Source: Nitrospirota bacterium
GTDB taxonomy: Bacteria; Nitrospirota; UBA9217
Direction of reading: 5' to 3'
Assembly (NCBI GenBank): GCA_963737155.1
Contig: CAVTRN010000001.1
Span: 832,001 to 896,000, forward strand
Length of the DNA stretch: 64,000 nt
Shown: one piece after another, positions 52,571-64,000 of the stretch
How the letters are laid out: the number at the start of each line of letters is the position of its first letter
Position numbering within the stretch: the stretch's first letter is position 1
Translations under genes and position numbers: made by a program
The notes under the pieces: generated by a model
The model's input: only the letters and a program-made list of their open reading frames with translations
What the model was told of the DNA's origin: nothing
The model's database searches: none

Positions 52571-53326
52571 TCAATATAGTTGACCATGATTTTCAAATAA
52601 TTCGTGTTGCGACAAGGATTTATCAGAGGGGTTCTATTATCGGTGTCAAAGAATAATGAGCAGATTTCTTTTATCAAAAGCGAAGCAGAAGACCATGGGC
52701 GTAAGTGCGTGTGTATCTACTCGTCTATTGGAGACAATATTTTTTACAAAAATATTGAAATGCTAAATCCGGTACGAGCCATGAGAGCAGTCGGTTCATA
52801 ATCAAATTGTGTAAAAATCAATAAGGAAACAAAGATGGGCATAGTCTTCCTGATACGAGTTCTGAACTGATTTATAGTTGCACTGCACAATATGTATTTA
52901 ATGATCACGTCTGGCAATGGTTATATCGTATGTCACGGAGTGTGAAGTGGAGTGTAAGATGTTTCGACAATCAATATAACCTCGGATGCAACGATTACCT
53001 CTTGGAAATTATTATCATCACCTGAGATTTCTTCCAGTAAATTTTTTTATGATATCGGTTTTCCTTTAAGTCAATCGATCTGAAAATTCATTTAACGGAA
53101 CTTTAATATTATATTAATAATCTTGTAATACTTCAGGCGTATTGTTCTCCAAAGAAGCTTTCCTTCTTTTGTTCTTCAAGGCCAGCATAGGTTTCTTCGA
53201 TACAGAAGATTTCCTATTGTTTATTGTTGCAGGAGGTTGGAGAAGGGGGGCGTTTGCTGGAACAAGTCGAATATAAGTTTAAATCGCTGAATAGCGTTTG
53301 AAAAACTGGGAACTAGGGAGGTGTCT

Positions 53327-53491
53327 ATGCCGGAACAAAGCGTAATGACGGTTACCCCATACTTGAATGAAGTAGAATCAGCGCAACTTGCCGCAGCCGT
53401 CCAAAGGCTTGTGCTGGAACTAGGCTTTCCTCCGAGAGAAGTAGACCGCTCATACCGGGAAAGTCTTGCATATTTCCTCAGACAGACTTAA
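53327..53491 (+). CDS. 54-aa hypothetical protein
   Basis: GGGAGGTG RBS; MPEQSVM...LRQT*; no recognised family. Confidence 0.35.
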   Translation: MPEQSVMTVTPYLNEVESAQLAAAVQRLVLELGFPPREVDRSYRESLAYFLRQT

Positions 53492-54088
53492 GGATGGTAT
53501 CAACGACCTACAGTCGTTATATTCAGAATTGACATTGTACTGCGGGAATCGTCATAATTAATTTGTTGCAAATGTAGATTTGCGCACAGATCGCCAGCCA
53601 CAAAAGAGCTGCACGAATCAAAGCGTGAGAACGGATCGTTTATGCGTCACGAACAATAATTCTTCTTCTCTCTCCTGTAAACACCACACTATTACGGTTT
53701 GCCTGCATTCGCGCCAATCGAGGGTCCCGGGGATCTGCTGGACTTCCCCAACTAAGTAAAAATATGCTATAGTCGATCAGGCTTTTAATTATCTTGCGCA
53801 AGTTTGGATAAGGTGAATTTAAAGCTTATTGACTATGATCAATCTATATTATATTAATTGTAGCCATTACAAGTAGCCGCCTTTTGAGGGTATAGTTCCG
53901 GTAACATGAATTATGAGTCAACGAAATAATTCAGGATTCGCTTGGGTAGATCGAAAAGTATTGTTAGAAATTTTGACGTTGTGATATATTCATCAGATAT
54001 GATGTGTTTCCGATAGTCCATAATAGGTTCATCATTCGAAAATTGCAGAGCATATATAGAAGGATACCATTCACGCAGATTTGCAGAA

Positions 54089-55672
54089 ATGAATTTAGAT
54101 AGCAAATATTCTGATAAAATCGATGATAAAAAGTATCGTCGTCGCATTCTGTCATGGTCTTTATACGACTGGGCTGATCATGCCTACATTACCACGACAG
54201 CGACAACTTATTTCCCACCATATTATCTCGCGATAGCCGCGCCCGCATTTATGAAAGCCGGCACTGTACTGACCGGTGATGCGGCTAAAGCCCTGGCACA
54301 GGAGACGGCCTCTGACATATTTGCCTTCACGATCTCCTTTTCCCTCTTCGTTGCGGCGATCCTTGCTCCGATCGTAGGCACCTACGCTGACATAACCGAT
54401 CAACGAAAAAAAATCCTCGTAAGAATATCAGTTGTCGGTGGAATACTCGCTTCATCGATGTTCCTGCTGAAAACCGGCATGTGGATACCTGCACTGTTGT
54501 TATATTTTTTTACCCAGATCATCATTAATATCGCCTTGGGACTGAACAGCAGTCTCTTGCCTCACATAGCGCTTCCGGAGGACATGAACCGCGCGTCAAG
54601 TCTTGGTTATGCAATGGGCTATATCGGGGGGGGCCTCCTACTTGCCATCAATACAGGCGTCTTTCTCTTCGCTGATCGGCTTGGGATTAGCAATGACTTT
54701 GCCATACGGATGGCTTTTTTTTCCGTCGGGATATGGTGGATCGGCTTCATGGGCCCCTTTGCGATAAGCGTTCCGGAACCGAGAATACAGTCTCTGGCCA
54801 GGAAAAGAAGTAGGACGCCGGTGCGCGATTCATTTGTCCAGCTCGCCAAAACCGCTCATGATATCAGTAGGTACCGCGAGCTTTTCAAAATGCTAATTGC
54901 ATTCTGGTTCTACATGGAAGGAGTTGGTGCGATCATCCTTCTTGCAACGATCTACGGTGCGGTTCTCGGACTTGATATGACAGTACTCATTGGAACACTG
55001 CTCATGACGCAGTTGGTAGCCTTCCCATATGCCATTATATTCGGCCGAATCCCTGATTCTGCTAACACGCGGCGAAGTGTCTATCTATCGATGGTACTTT
55101 GGACGGCGACGACTCTGCCTTTGGCGGGTATCTATGCAAAGAGCATCGGTCCCATCAGCGTCCTATTTACATTGCTGATTCTCGCTGTTGATCAGATCAC
55201 GGGAATAGTTTTCTCACTGACGCTCGGGCGTTTTCTTTTTTCCGGTCTTGTCAAAAAAGTAGATGCGAAACGAGCTGTCATGCTCGGGCTCGTCATATAT
55301 ATCATAATCCCGGTCTGGGGTTTTTTTCTGACAACAAAAGCAGAGTTTTTCATGATCGGATGGCTCGTAGGCACAGTTCAGGGCGGTACACAGGCACTGA
55401 GTAGAACAATTTATGCAAGGCTCTTACCTCCTTCCAAATCGGGAGAGTTCTTCGGACTTTACGGGTTGAGCGAAAAGTTCGCAGGAATTCTCGGACCATT
55501 GCTGTACGGTGCAGTAGGTCAAATCACCCACAGCCCTCGGTCAAGCATATTGTCCATCGCCGTTTTTTTTGTCATCGGCATTATCTTACTCTGGCGGGTG
55601 AATATCGAAAAAGGTGCAAGGATTGCTGCAGAAGAGGAGCATAGAGTTCAGTCTTTACTCACGGTGTTATAG
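54089..55672 (+). CDS. MFS transporter (UMF1/ATG22-like)
   Basis: SWSLYDWA, SSLGYAMGYIGG, QGGTQALSR and SGEFFGLY motifs. Confidence 0.9.
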   Translation: MNLDSKYSDKIDDKKYRRRILSWSLYDWADHAYITTTATTYFPPYYLAIAAPAFMKAGTVLTGDAAKALAQETASDIFAFTISFSLFVAAILAPIVGTYADITDQRKKILVRISVVGGILASSMFLLKTGMWIPALLLYFFTQIIINIALGLNSSLLPHIALPEDMNRASSLGYAMGYIGGGLLLAINTGVFLFADRLGISNDFAIRMAFFSVGIWWIGFMGPFAISVPEPRIQSLARKRSRTPVRDSFVQLAKTAHDISRYRELFKMLIAFWFYMEGVGAIILLATIYGAVLGLDMTVLIGTLLMTQLVAFPYAIIFGRIPDSANTRRSVYLSMVLWTATTLPLAGIYAKSIGPISVLFTLLILAVDQITGIVFSLTLGRFLFSGLVKKVDAKRAVMLGLVIYIIIPVWGFFLTTKAEFFMIGWLVGTVQGGTQALSRTIYARLLPPSKSGEFFGLYGLSEKFAGILGPLLYGAVGQITHSPRSSILSIAVFFVIGIILLWRVNIEKGARIAAEEEHRVQSLLTVL

Positions 55673-55967
55673 TACCTACCCAGCCGATAGCAGCAAAACG
55701 ATTTGTCTTGTCCAATTCATCAAGTTATTTTGGGGAGAAATGCATAGCACGGCGGGTCCTACAGTAAATGAAACTCATGCGGCCATACTGGAATATCCTG
55801 TTACAGCGGAAACGTACAAAGCGTCCTCGATAATCTGGGACTGGATAAATGTCGCTTTTCATGCACGCGTACAGTTCTGCGACTCCAAGACATCTCTAAG
55901 TTTTGGCCGGGACTTTGGGTAACAATAATACGGAATGACACCTTTTTGCGAGGAATGGAGTAAACTG

Positions 55968-57542
55968 TCATTGTTTGATACCAGTGCCTATGTCATTTTC
56001 TTCAGCATTCCACCATCCTCCGCCAAGTGCCACAAATAGAGCGGCCGTATCCTGATAACGCTCAGCCAGAGCTTGAAGATAACCGATCTGCGCCTGATGG
56101 TACTGGCCATCTGCAACAAGAACCTGAAGATAGCTGGCCGTGCCAGCCTGGTAGTTCGCCTGAATCAATCGTAGGGTATCCTCCGCCGCATGGAGCGCAT
56201 GAGACTGAGCGTGCACCATCTCTGCATCATGTTCCAGAGCGCGCAGTGTATCGGCTACTTGCGCAAAAGCGCTGAGAACAGTCTGGCGGTAATTTGCTAG
56301 AGAGAACTGATAGGCATCAAGAGCGGCCTGCCTTCCGTACCATAACGTTCCGCCACGGAACAGGGGGGCGCTAATGCTTCCACCCAGGCTCCAAAAGGTG
56401 CTGTTACTTTTAAAAAGCTTATCGGTAGTATTACTTCCGACACCGTAAGATCCGTTCAATGTAAAGCTGGGGAATAATGACGCGGTAGCCACTCCGACTT
56501 CAGCGCTGGCACTATGGAGCTGCGCCTCAGCGGCGAGAATGTCGGGACGTTGACGAACGATCTGCGAGGGCAACGTTATCGGCAGCTCGCCGGGAAGCGT
56601 GAGGTCCGTCAGCTCGACCTGCTGCGGAATCCATTCCGCCGGCGTGCGGCCCACCAGGGTTGCAATCAGGTGCTCCGTCTGGCTTATGTTCTGGCGGAGC
56701 GGCGGAAGCGTTGCTTCATAAGAGGCAAGCTGACTCTGGAGACTGAGTACGTTCGCGTACGAGACCGTTCCAGCTTGCGCCTGAAATTCGGTAAGCTTGA
56801 TTTGTTCCCGTTGTAGACCGATCAGTTGCTCCGTGGCCTTGATCTGTTCTTGATAACCTGCCTTCGCTATCATGGCATTAACAACATTACCGGATAAGGC
56901 TATGTATGTTGCCATAACCTCAGCATGTTGAAAATCCACCTGGGCGCCGAGACTTTCCACGGCGCGGCGCTCTCCTCCGAAAACATCGAGGGTATAGCTG
57001 ACCGTAGCCGAAAGGGTGAACAAATTAAAAATGCTGCTTGGGGTAATTCCTCCTTCAGCGGCCGAAGAAGATTTTTGTCGAGATGCACCCAAACCGGCAT
57101 TCAATTGGGGATAAAATACACCATAGCCTGCGCGAAGGTTATCTTGGCTTTGGCGCAGGCCAGCCTGTGCCGACAGAAGGTTTTGATTGTTAGCGATGGC
57201 TTCTTTTACAACGGCGTCGATTTTGGGAGAGTTAAAAAGCCGCCACCAGTCCGAAACGATCTTGGCACCCTGTTCAAAGTATTGCGCCTTTCCGTCCGCT
57301 AGTATCGTCGCGGTCGGCGTTGTCCCGGTGGTGTAGCTCTCGATCGACGGCGGTTTGGGACGCTCAAAATCCGGCCCCACGGCGCAACTGAGTATACAGC
57401 ATACCAATACGGCGCACAGCCCCTTGAGACTGGACATCTGTGTCCTCTTGATGCTGGCCTTCTTCGGTATTTTCGAGCAACCTGTCAGTTTTTGTCGATA
57501 CAATGACATTGACCTTTCTCGGAAAATGTTTCTTGCATTCAT
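55968..57542 (-). CDS. Outer-membrane efflux lipoprotein (NodT family)
   Basis: ILSCAVGPDF lipobox, QRPDILAAE and ALGGGWW motifs; the true start may be near 57437. Confidence 0.9.
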   Translation of the reverse strand: MNARNIFRERSMSLYRQKLTGCSKIPKKASIKRTQMSSLKGLCAVLVCCILSCAVGPDFERPKPPSIESYTTGTTPTATILADGKAQYFEQGAKIVSDWWRLFNSPKIDAVVKEAIANNQNLLSAQAGLRQSQDNLRAGYGVFYPQLNAGLGASRQKSSSAAEGGITPSSIFNLFTLSATVSYTLDVFGGERRAVESLGAQVDFQHAEVMATYIALSGNVVNAMIAKAGYQEQIKATEQLIGLQREQIKLTEFQAQAGTVSYANVLSLQSQLASYEATLPPLRQNISQTEHLIATLVGRTPAEWIPQQVELTDLTLPGELPITLPSQIVRQRPDILAAEAQLHSASAEVGVATASLFPSFTLNGSYGVGSNTTDKLFKSNSTFWSLGGSISAPLFRGGTLWYGRQAALDAYQFSLANYRQTVLSAFAQVADTLRALEHDAEMVHAQSHALHAAEDTLRLIQANYQAGTASYLQVLVADGQYHQAQIGYLQALAERYQDTAALFVALGGGWWNAEENDIGTGIKQ

Positions 57543-58495
57543 TGTTGAGTGCCTGTACTTTTTGTCTCTTTTTCTGCAACATAAACATCCACCAGTTCAC
57601 CCGGATAAACATTGATATCTGGTAGCTTCTTAAACCTGAATATAACCGGCAATACTCTCACATCTACCGTTTCATGTCTTTCATCCGATAACTCAATTTT
57701 AGGCGATATATAAGGCTGTATCCGCACGAATTCAAGAGGAAAGCTGATATTCGTGCCTCGAATAAACATTTGCGCTCGCATTTGTGACGTTTCAGGCAGT
57801 TTGGATACGAGTATCTCGTCAATATAGCATCTGACGTTGATATAGGCTTGTGAACTTCCCATGACAAGGATCGGGTCAAATCCCTGCGTATAGCTATCGT
57901 ACGTGCCTTGCGCGGATATATAACTGCCGACCGCGCCATTGATCGCCAGGATCGTGCCATTTGCAGGTGCTTTTACAGTGTACTTATACAGCAATGCTTT
58001 GGCAAGTTCGTACTGTTTTTGCGCTAAGTTGATATTTGTTGTTGCCACTTTTACTGCATTTTCCGCGTTATCCAGATCGTTTTTAGCCACGGATCTTGGA
58101 TCCAGTTCATATGATTTCCTTATTTTGTCAAGTTGGTCCTGAACGTTTTTGAGATTTGCGATCGCGACTTCTATCTGTGATTTCTGCTGCTCGACAGTTG
58201 CCCTCTGAATGGAATCCTCGATCCTAAACAGCGGGGTACCTTTTTTTATGATTGCTCCCTCGGAAACCAGGATTTGTACGATAACTCCCGGAACCTCTGG
58301 ATATATATTAATGTTCTCGCCGGTTCCTTGATAACTTTCAACCATGCCATCGGCATAGATCCCCTTTGCATAGGGGTTGGAAGCCGGATTGAACGCAGGG
58401 GGCATAGGTTTCTGCTCTATGCCGAACATGTAGGCGCTCCCGAGTCCGATCAGCAGGCCGATGATCGCAGCGATGAATATCACCTTATTCCTCAC
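57539..58495 (-). CDS. HlyD-family periplasmic adaptor
   Basis: N-terminal TM, lipoyl-like and coiled segments, ETVDVRVLPVIF motif. Confidence 0.88.
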   Translation of the reverse strand: MRNKVIFIAAIIGLLIGLGSAYMFGIEQKPMPPAFNPASNPYAKGIYADGMVESYQGTGENINIYPEVPGVIVQILVSEGAIIKKGTPLFRIEDSIQRATVEQQKSQIEVAIANLKNVQDQLDKIRKSYELDPRSVAKNDLDNAENAVKVATTNINLAQKQYELAKALLYKYTVKAPANGTILAINGAVGSYISAQGTYDSYTQGFDPILVMGSSQAYINVRCYIDEILVSKLPETSQMRAQMFIRGTNISFPLEFVRIQPYISPKIELSDERHETVDVRVLPVIFRFKKLPDINVYPGELVDVYVAEKETKSTGTQQ

Positions 58496-59189
58496 GTGGT
58501 CCTCCTTTTTCGATGCCGGTGATTTTGCCGTCTTCCATTTTCATGATTTTGTCGGCGTATTCAAATATTCTGCTGTCATGGGTAACGATGATGATGCACC
58601 GATTCTCATTGAGGACATTTTTCTTGACGAAATCCACAATTCGTCTCCCCGTGTCACCGTCCAGCGATGCGGTTGGCTCGTCGAATACCAGGATATCAGG
58701 GCTGCTGGCGATCGCTCTGGCGATCGCCACCCGTTGCTGCTCCCCGCCGCTTAATTTGATCGGTTGGAGATACGCACGATCTTTAATTCCTACTATTTCA
58801 AGATACTCCATGGCCTTGTTTATGGATTCATCCCAGTCGCGCCTTTTCAGGATAAGGGGGATCGCCACGTTTTCAACTGTTGTAAGCCGCGGAAAAAGGT
58901 GGTAATCCTGAAACACGAATCCAACCTTGTTAAGTCTGAAATCGGCGATCTGGTCGCTTGGCATGCTCCAGATATCCTTGTCCTCGACCAGCACTGTGCC
59001 CGAATTCGGCTTGAGAATCCCTGAAATCAGACTTAACAAGGTTGTTTTTCCGCTGCCTGAGGGGCCCTCAATGTAAAACATTTCCCCAAAGTTGGCTTCA
59101 AAACTGACGCCCCGCACAGCAATCGTCTTTGCTTCTCCTTCGCCGAACCATTTGATCAGTTCGTGGGCTTTTACCGCCACAATGGCCAT
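58485..59189 (-). CDS. ABC transporter ATP-binding protein (MacB/DevA-like)
   Basis: GPSGSGKT, LSGGEQQR and DEPTASLD motifs. Confidence 0.93.
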   Translation of the reverse strand: MAIVAVKAHELIKWFGEGEAKTIAVRGVSFEANFGEMFYIEGPSGSGKTTLLSLISGILKPNSGTVLVEDKDIWSMPSDQIADFRLNKVGFVFQDYHLFPRLTTVENVAIPLILKRRDWDESINKAMEYLEIVGIKDRAYLQPIKLSGGEQQRVAIARAIASSPDILVFDEPTASLDGDTGRRIVDFVKKNVLNENRCIIIVTHDSRIFEYADKIMKMEDGKITGIEKGGPREE

Positions 59190-59190
59190 A

Positions 59191-60327
59191 TTATCCTCTG
59201 AAAATGTCGAATGGTTCTATCTTGAGAACTTTTCTAACACCGATATAGCTTGAAATGCCGGCGATGATCACGACCATGACAAAGGCGAAACCGAGGTTTA
59301 CATACGTTATTCTGGCTGCGTAGCTGGGCAGCCTGAGTCTTGCCATCGTGATTATGAGGGAGGCAAGACCGATACCGAGGCCGTAGCCGGTAAGCGACGT
59401 AAAAGTCGCTTGGAACAGAATCATAATTACCAGTTCCTTCCCCTTTGCTCCGATCGCTTTTAAAGCGCCGAATTTTTCCAGATTTTCAAGGATGAAGGTG
59501 TAAAATGTTTGGCCTGAAATGGATAAGCCCACGATGAAACTTATTACCGTCATGATGAGCACATTGATGCCCAGCCCTGTCTGGTACTTATAAAAAGTAG
59601 AAGTCTTATCCATAAATTCTTCATTTGTCAGCGCCTCGTACCCAAGCTGCGCTACCTGCTGCTTGATATACGGCACATCGTCATCGCTCTTCGGCTCGAC
59701 CAATATAAACGCGGTGGTAAATCTCGCGGACGGTATATAGGTGATAGCCCTGTTATACGTGGTGTAGAGGGTCGGCACTCCAAACAAGCCGCTGGTAGCG
59801 ACTTTTGCAATGCCGGTAATGACTCCCCGGTGATCGTTTATTTCGAACTCAGTTCCGATTTTGGGATTTTCGAGCTTGGGGAATTCCGCATCCTTAACCA
59901 CAATGAAAGCATTTTCTGCATAGATATCATCGATATTTCCTTCGATGAGCGCAGGCCTTCCATACAGGCTGGCGTCGTCCAACCCGAGAACCGTCACCGA
60001 TTGATAGACGCCATCGCGCAGCTTTACAAGCGCCCCAGCGGAATAGAGTGGTACTGCGTATTTGACGCCATTGATGCTCCGTACTGCGTTTAATACATAA
60101 TCCGGCAGAGGGATGCTATTCTGCGGGGTATTGACGGCCGGGTCTATCACCCAAAGCTTGGCACCTATGTTTAGGACAGTGGCAGACGACCGGTGCAGAA
60201 TGCCAGCGAACATCGACGTCATCATCACCATCAAAAAGACCGCGAATGTTATGCCTACGAGCAAAGCGACGAATTTACCCTTGTCATTCACTAACAACTT
60301 ATACGCGATTTTGAGAATCCCTTTCAC
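59191..60327 (-). CDS. ABC transporter permease (FtsX/DevC-like)
   Basis: GTG start VKGILKIAYKLL after GGAG; FGALKAIGA motif; 4-TM layout. Confidence 0.9.
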   Translation of the reverse strand: MKGILKIAYKLLVNDKGKFVALLVGITFAVFLMVMMTSMFAGILHRSSATVLNIGAKLWVIDPAVNTPQNSIPLPDYVLNAVRSINGVKYAVPLYSAGALVKLRDGVYQSVTVLGLDDASLYGRPALIEGNIDDIYAENAFIVVKDAEFPKLENPKIGTEFEINDHRGVITGIAKVATSGLFGVPTLYTTYNRAITYIPSARFTTAFILVEPKSDDDVPYIKQQVAQLGYEALTNEEFMDKTSTFYKYQTGLGINVLIMTVISFIVGLSISGQTFYTFILENLEKFGALKAIGAKGKELVIMILFQATFTSLTGYGLGIGLASLIITMARLRLPSYAARITYVNLGFAFVMVVIIAGISSYIGVRKVLKIEPFDIFRG

Positions 60328-61084
60328 AGCTGTTCTCCATTTATGGCACGGCGACGCGAGTGTTGGCGACTGGTCTGTTAGCGCTACCGATGATGACGGG
60401 AGTGTTTCGTGTTTGCGAAGCACTCATCTGAAAATGAGCTGGAATACGACAGTCATATGATACGCCTGAACTTACACAGTATCTGCTTCGAGGGCGACTC
60501 TCCGTAATGTCAAAGGGAAGACTCAGATGGCCTTATTTTAGCATATTTTCTGGCTTGCCGTTAAAACTCGATCCGTGACCTGTCTTGTGCGTTATTCGGT
60601 CGCAAAGCCGGTGAGGTTGTATTAATAAACCGCTTCTCATGCACGGTCAAGTCTAATCCGCAATCCACGATCATCACAAATGAACTGTTTAACGTTGTGA
60701 TCGCCCATGGCTGCATCCTGACATGAAACTGCAGCATCCGTCGTGAAGGCTATTAAGTATTTCGAGAAAGATCATTACTGGCCGGAATGCACGGAGAGCC
60801 GGTATTTTGATGATTGCATGTGCATCTTCATCTAGCAATCCTCTTTAATGAATCTTTGAAATAGGCTTGTTTTATGCTCACAAATTTTCTACATCATTAT
60901 TAAATAGACAATAGATTCAGTAAGTCTCTCAGCTTTCAAAAGTGATACCCTTTCATATTGACCCAGTTGGATTCATAATGACCCGGTCAGATTGATCAAT
61001 CAAGTATCAAAAACTTCTTCGTTAATCGCCTCAACTAACTGTAAATGTTATTTTTTTAAGCGCCTGAAGAGCATCAATTCTCCA

Positions 61085-61100
61085 TGGCATAGTGCTTGCT
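61085..61100 (+). promoter_or_regulatory. sigma54 -24/-12 promoter
   Basis: TGGCATA-GTGC-TTGCT. Confidence 0.65.
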
Positions 61101-61775
61101 TTTATAAGGTAAGATAATTCTATGCCGAAACCAGAAGCTGTTATTCCTCTGCAACGAATCCAGAGCACAAATAGAAGGAGATGCATGATATTCTGCCCGG
61201 TCTTTTTTACAAGCACACAGCATTCTTTCTCGTCGGCTTGGAGCACTACATTCCCATTCAGCTCCAGATCAAAGAGTCGGAGCGATCGATTTCATATGTT
61301 GTGTTCCTTGTTCCAGCACGTTAAGGACGTTAATCCTATGCATCAAAACGGATTGGTCTGTAAATATAACAAAATATTCCGTTCAGTAACTGAAGCGGAT
61401 GCAGATGATGCTCGTCTCGCGTAAAAGAACGCAAGAGAAGAAGAGCGGCGTTTGAAAATGATCACACGTGAAGAAATGCAAGAAATCCTTAAGGGGTCTC
61501 AGGCTGGGCCCTACCGGAGTGCCAAGGGGTAGCAGTCAGCCCAGCGCCATACGCGCTGAATCGACCCCTGTTCATAGATGACGAATCTCGTTATCGGCAG
61601 CACGAATGATCCGTTATTTAGCGATTTCACCGCCGACGGTTTCTGGGATCTCTTGGCGAAGTTAAGTTATTCACGTCCAAACAGCTCATTGGAGGCGGCT
61701 TCTGTTTAGCCCAGGCTGCATCTTCCAATGTTGCCCGTCTGTTGCTGTAGCACCAGGACTTGGAGGCAGGTATAT

Positions 61776-62261
61776 ATGACAGATCGCCACAATGACACCC
61801 ACAAGCCCACTGAATCGCCAGGACGTGATCAGCAGCAGGAGATCCTGTTAGTTGATGACGACAATTCAAACCTGATATACATGTCTGAGATCCTGCGGAT
61901 GAGCGGCTATGTCGTCGCATCTTTTCACGATGCGCCTTCAGCCCTTTTGGCGATTCGCGAAGGTATCAGGTTCGATCTCGTGATAACCGACTATCGTATG
62001 CTCGGTATGAACGGCTTGGAATTTATCGAAGCCCTGAGACGTCTGCTTCCCGTTGTGCCGGTGATCATGCTCACCGCTCACGGCGACATCGACACCTATT
62101 TCAAGGCGCTCAATCTAGGCGTCTTCGAATACGTCCACAAACCATTGAAAAAAAGCGAGATTCTCAGAATCACAAAAGTGGCACTGGACAAGGGCATGCA
62201 AGTGGGGGTTCCCTCCGTTCGGGGGCTCGGACAGCCCATCCTGGTCGATAAAGAGCAATAA
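61776..62261 (+). CDS. Single-domain response regulator
   Basis: ILLVDDD, DLVITDYRM, MLTAHG and YVHKP motifs. Confidence 0.9.
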   Translation: MTDRHNDTHKPTESPGRDQQQEILLVDDDNSNLIYMSEILRMSGYVVASFHDAPSALLAIREGIRFDLVITDYRMLGMNGLEFIEALRRLLPVVPVIMLTAHGDIDTYFKALNLGVFEYVHKPLKKSEILRITKVALDKGMQVGVPSVRGLGQPILVDKEQ

Positions 62262-62283
62262 CTATGTACAGCTCCTTCCAGAC

Positions 62284-63501
62284 ATGGAAGAGCAGCTAAT
62301 GCAAATTTTATTATCAAATGGCATTGACTGCATGGTAAGAAATGGAAATATTATGAGCGATAATTGTACAATTGAATATTCGACCGAGGTTAGAGACAAT
62401 GAAATGTGTCGTATCACTCCTTGGGACAATCAACATCCTGATGGCGAGGCTCACCTTTGTTCTTGTGTAAACCATAAAAAATTATCATTTCATACTGATA
62501 ATAAATTATGCATATGCTCATGGGATCAGGAAATCGAAACACATTCAGGACGGTCGTGTTCACATGCCATCGGAAATAAATACTACGAAATTCTTCCCAG
62601 AATAATGGTGGATGATAAAGATGCGATTGCCGAAGCAATTAAAAAAAATAAGGCAATAATATGTAAGGGTTACTCATTCAATTGTTTGGCGGGATGTATT
62701 AGGGCTGATATTCAAATTATGCCCATAAAACCGGACGGTTGTAAACAAGTTGAACTGGTAAAAGTCTTGATCCAGCCCTATTCAGTGTGCGCGGCGGAGA
62801 AGAAACTACATCATTCCCAGAAATTGATTGACATCGGCAAGATAGCATCCACCTTGGCTCATGGTGTACGAAACCCGCTGAATGCGATTAAAGGCGCCGT
62901 TGTTTACCTCAGGGAAAAATACCGTACCGAGGAGACACTCGCCGAATTCACCGCTATCATGGAAGATGAGATAACGCGCCTCGAGAATTTTATCACGAAT
63001 TTTCTGAGTTCATCAGTCTCGGAAACGGATCAGCGCTTAACAGACATAAATGCGTTATTGAAGAAAGTCGAAGTCTTCACCTCTCTCCAGATGTATTCGC
63101 GTAATATTCAATCGCGGTTCGAGTTCGGAGAAATTCCTCTCATCACCATGAATTCCTTTCATCTTGAGCAGGCAATTCTCAACGTCATGAATAACGCGAT
63201 CGAAGCAATGCAGAACGGCGGGAAGCTGAGCATTAAGACGGACACAGTAGAATGCTTCAGCAGTCCTTTTATCGTCATCGCAATCTCGGACAGCGGCCCC
63301 GGGATGGCCGATAAAAACCCCGATGACATCATTCCCAGCAGCAACGGCAATGGGAGGGGATTTGGCCTCTCCATCATCAATGAAATTATGAAGCACTATG
63401 GCGGTCATATGGAGATAGACAGCAAGAAAAATGAGGGAACAACGATTTCATTATTCATTCCTAATCGTACACTCATAACCTCGTCAGGACGCACATCGTA
63501 G
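62284..63501 (+). CDS. Cytoplasmic sensor histidine kinase with Cys-rich PAS-like N-terminus
   Basis: H-box LAHGVRNPL, N-box NNAIEAM, DSGPG and GFGL; start uncertain (possibly 62353). Confidence 0.9.
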   Translation: MEEQLMQILLSNGIDCMVRNGNIMSDNCTIEYSTEVRDNEMCRITPWDNQHPDGEAHLCSCVNHKKLSFHTDNKLCICSWDQEIETHSGRSCSHAIGNKYYEILPRIMVDDKDAIAEAIKKNKAIICKGYSFNCLAGCIRADIQIMPIKPDGCKQVELVKVLIQPYSVCAAEKKLHHSQKLIDIGKIASTLAHGVRNPLNAIKGAVVYLREKYRTEETLAEFTAIMEDEITRLENFITNFLSSSVSETDQRLTDINALLKKVEVFTSLQMYSRNIQSRFEFGEIPLITMNSFHLEQAILNVMNNAIEAMQNGGKLSIKTDTVECFSSPFIVIAISDSGPGMADKNPDDIIPSSNGNGRGFGLSIINEIMKHYGGHMEIDSKKNEGTTISLFIPNRTLITSSGRTS

Positions 63502-64000
63502 TAATAGTCAACGACCCGACTGCTTTCCCACTGCCCCCAGTAACCACAGACGGTGCGACAGAAAATTCGAGCAAGCAATCGGCGAAGCGAGCAGCTGTTG
63601 CTTGCGTCTCCGATAACGTGGCCGTAGCTCAAAACATGGGCCAACAAAGTCGTCTTCTCCGACGCATTCTTTCTATAAGTTAAAGGAAGATTGGCGTCCC
63701 CTCCGCGCTACTAGAATTACCTCTTGATACGGACTCCATCCCGAACGCACGGAGAGGCCGACACCGAATGATAAGCGGGTTGGAGAAGTCCCACGTCCCT
63801 GTCCCCTCAGGCTCCAATGGGCCCAGTCCTCATAACGGGAAAAAAGAAGAGGGTGTAATGCAGTTTGATGCTCACTATCAGCGATGATGCTTTCGCTGTT
63901 GAATATGCTGGCACCAACCAATCCATTGAATCGGAAGTGATTTATGTGCCAGTACTTAAAACTCCGCACCCCGATCCATGTGGCCGATGCTCTCGCACTT

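Noticed and set aside
63507-63565. GTCAACGACCC as an omegaRNA/HEARO start and GTGCGAC as a group II intron 5' end
   Set aside because: Only short matches; expected downstream hairpins and IscB or RT genes are not visible.

Overview
Bacterial accessory/plasticity region; gene content (multiheme cytochrome, sigma54 promoters, selenoprotein, DUF748) suggests an anaerobe such as Nitrospirota or Desulfobacterota, which is an inference. Intact modules are a two-riboswitch fluoride-response locus (CPA2 antiporter, frameshifted USP, crcB/fluc, tandem DUF190, DUF2934, then a second fluoride riboswitch directly leading a dynamin-like GTPase), Fur plus a CzcBA/OMF-type RND efflux operon, a collagen/PQQ-propeller lipoprotein, a SWIM-SNF2 helicase, a UGA/SECIS rhodanese selenoprotein missed by the ORF track, ybbA-ybbP-tesA, a MacAB/DevBCA-like ABC exporter and a two-component pair. 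These modules are interspersed with mobile DNA: two group II intron fragments, an intact IS1111-type IS110 element whose bridge-RNA guides can be matched to its donor and target, a broken IS110 carrying a 215-bp MITE, a 100-bp MITE, IS200, IS1202-like ends, a tRNA-Asn-like att remnant and many pseudogenes. No rRNA, complete tRNA or CRISPR array was seen. All family calls are from motif recognition, not database searches.
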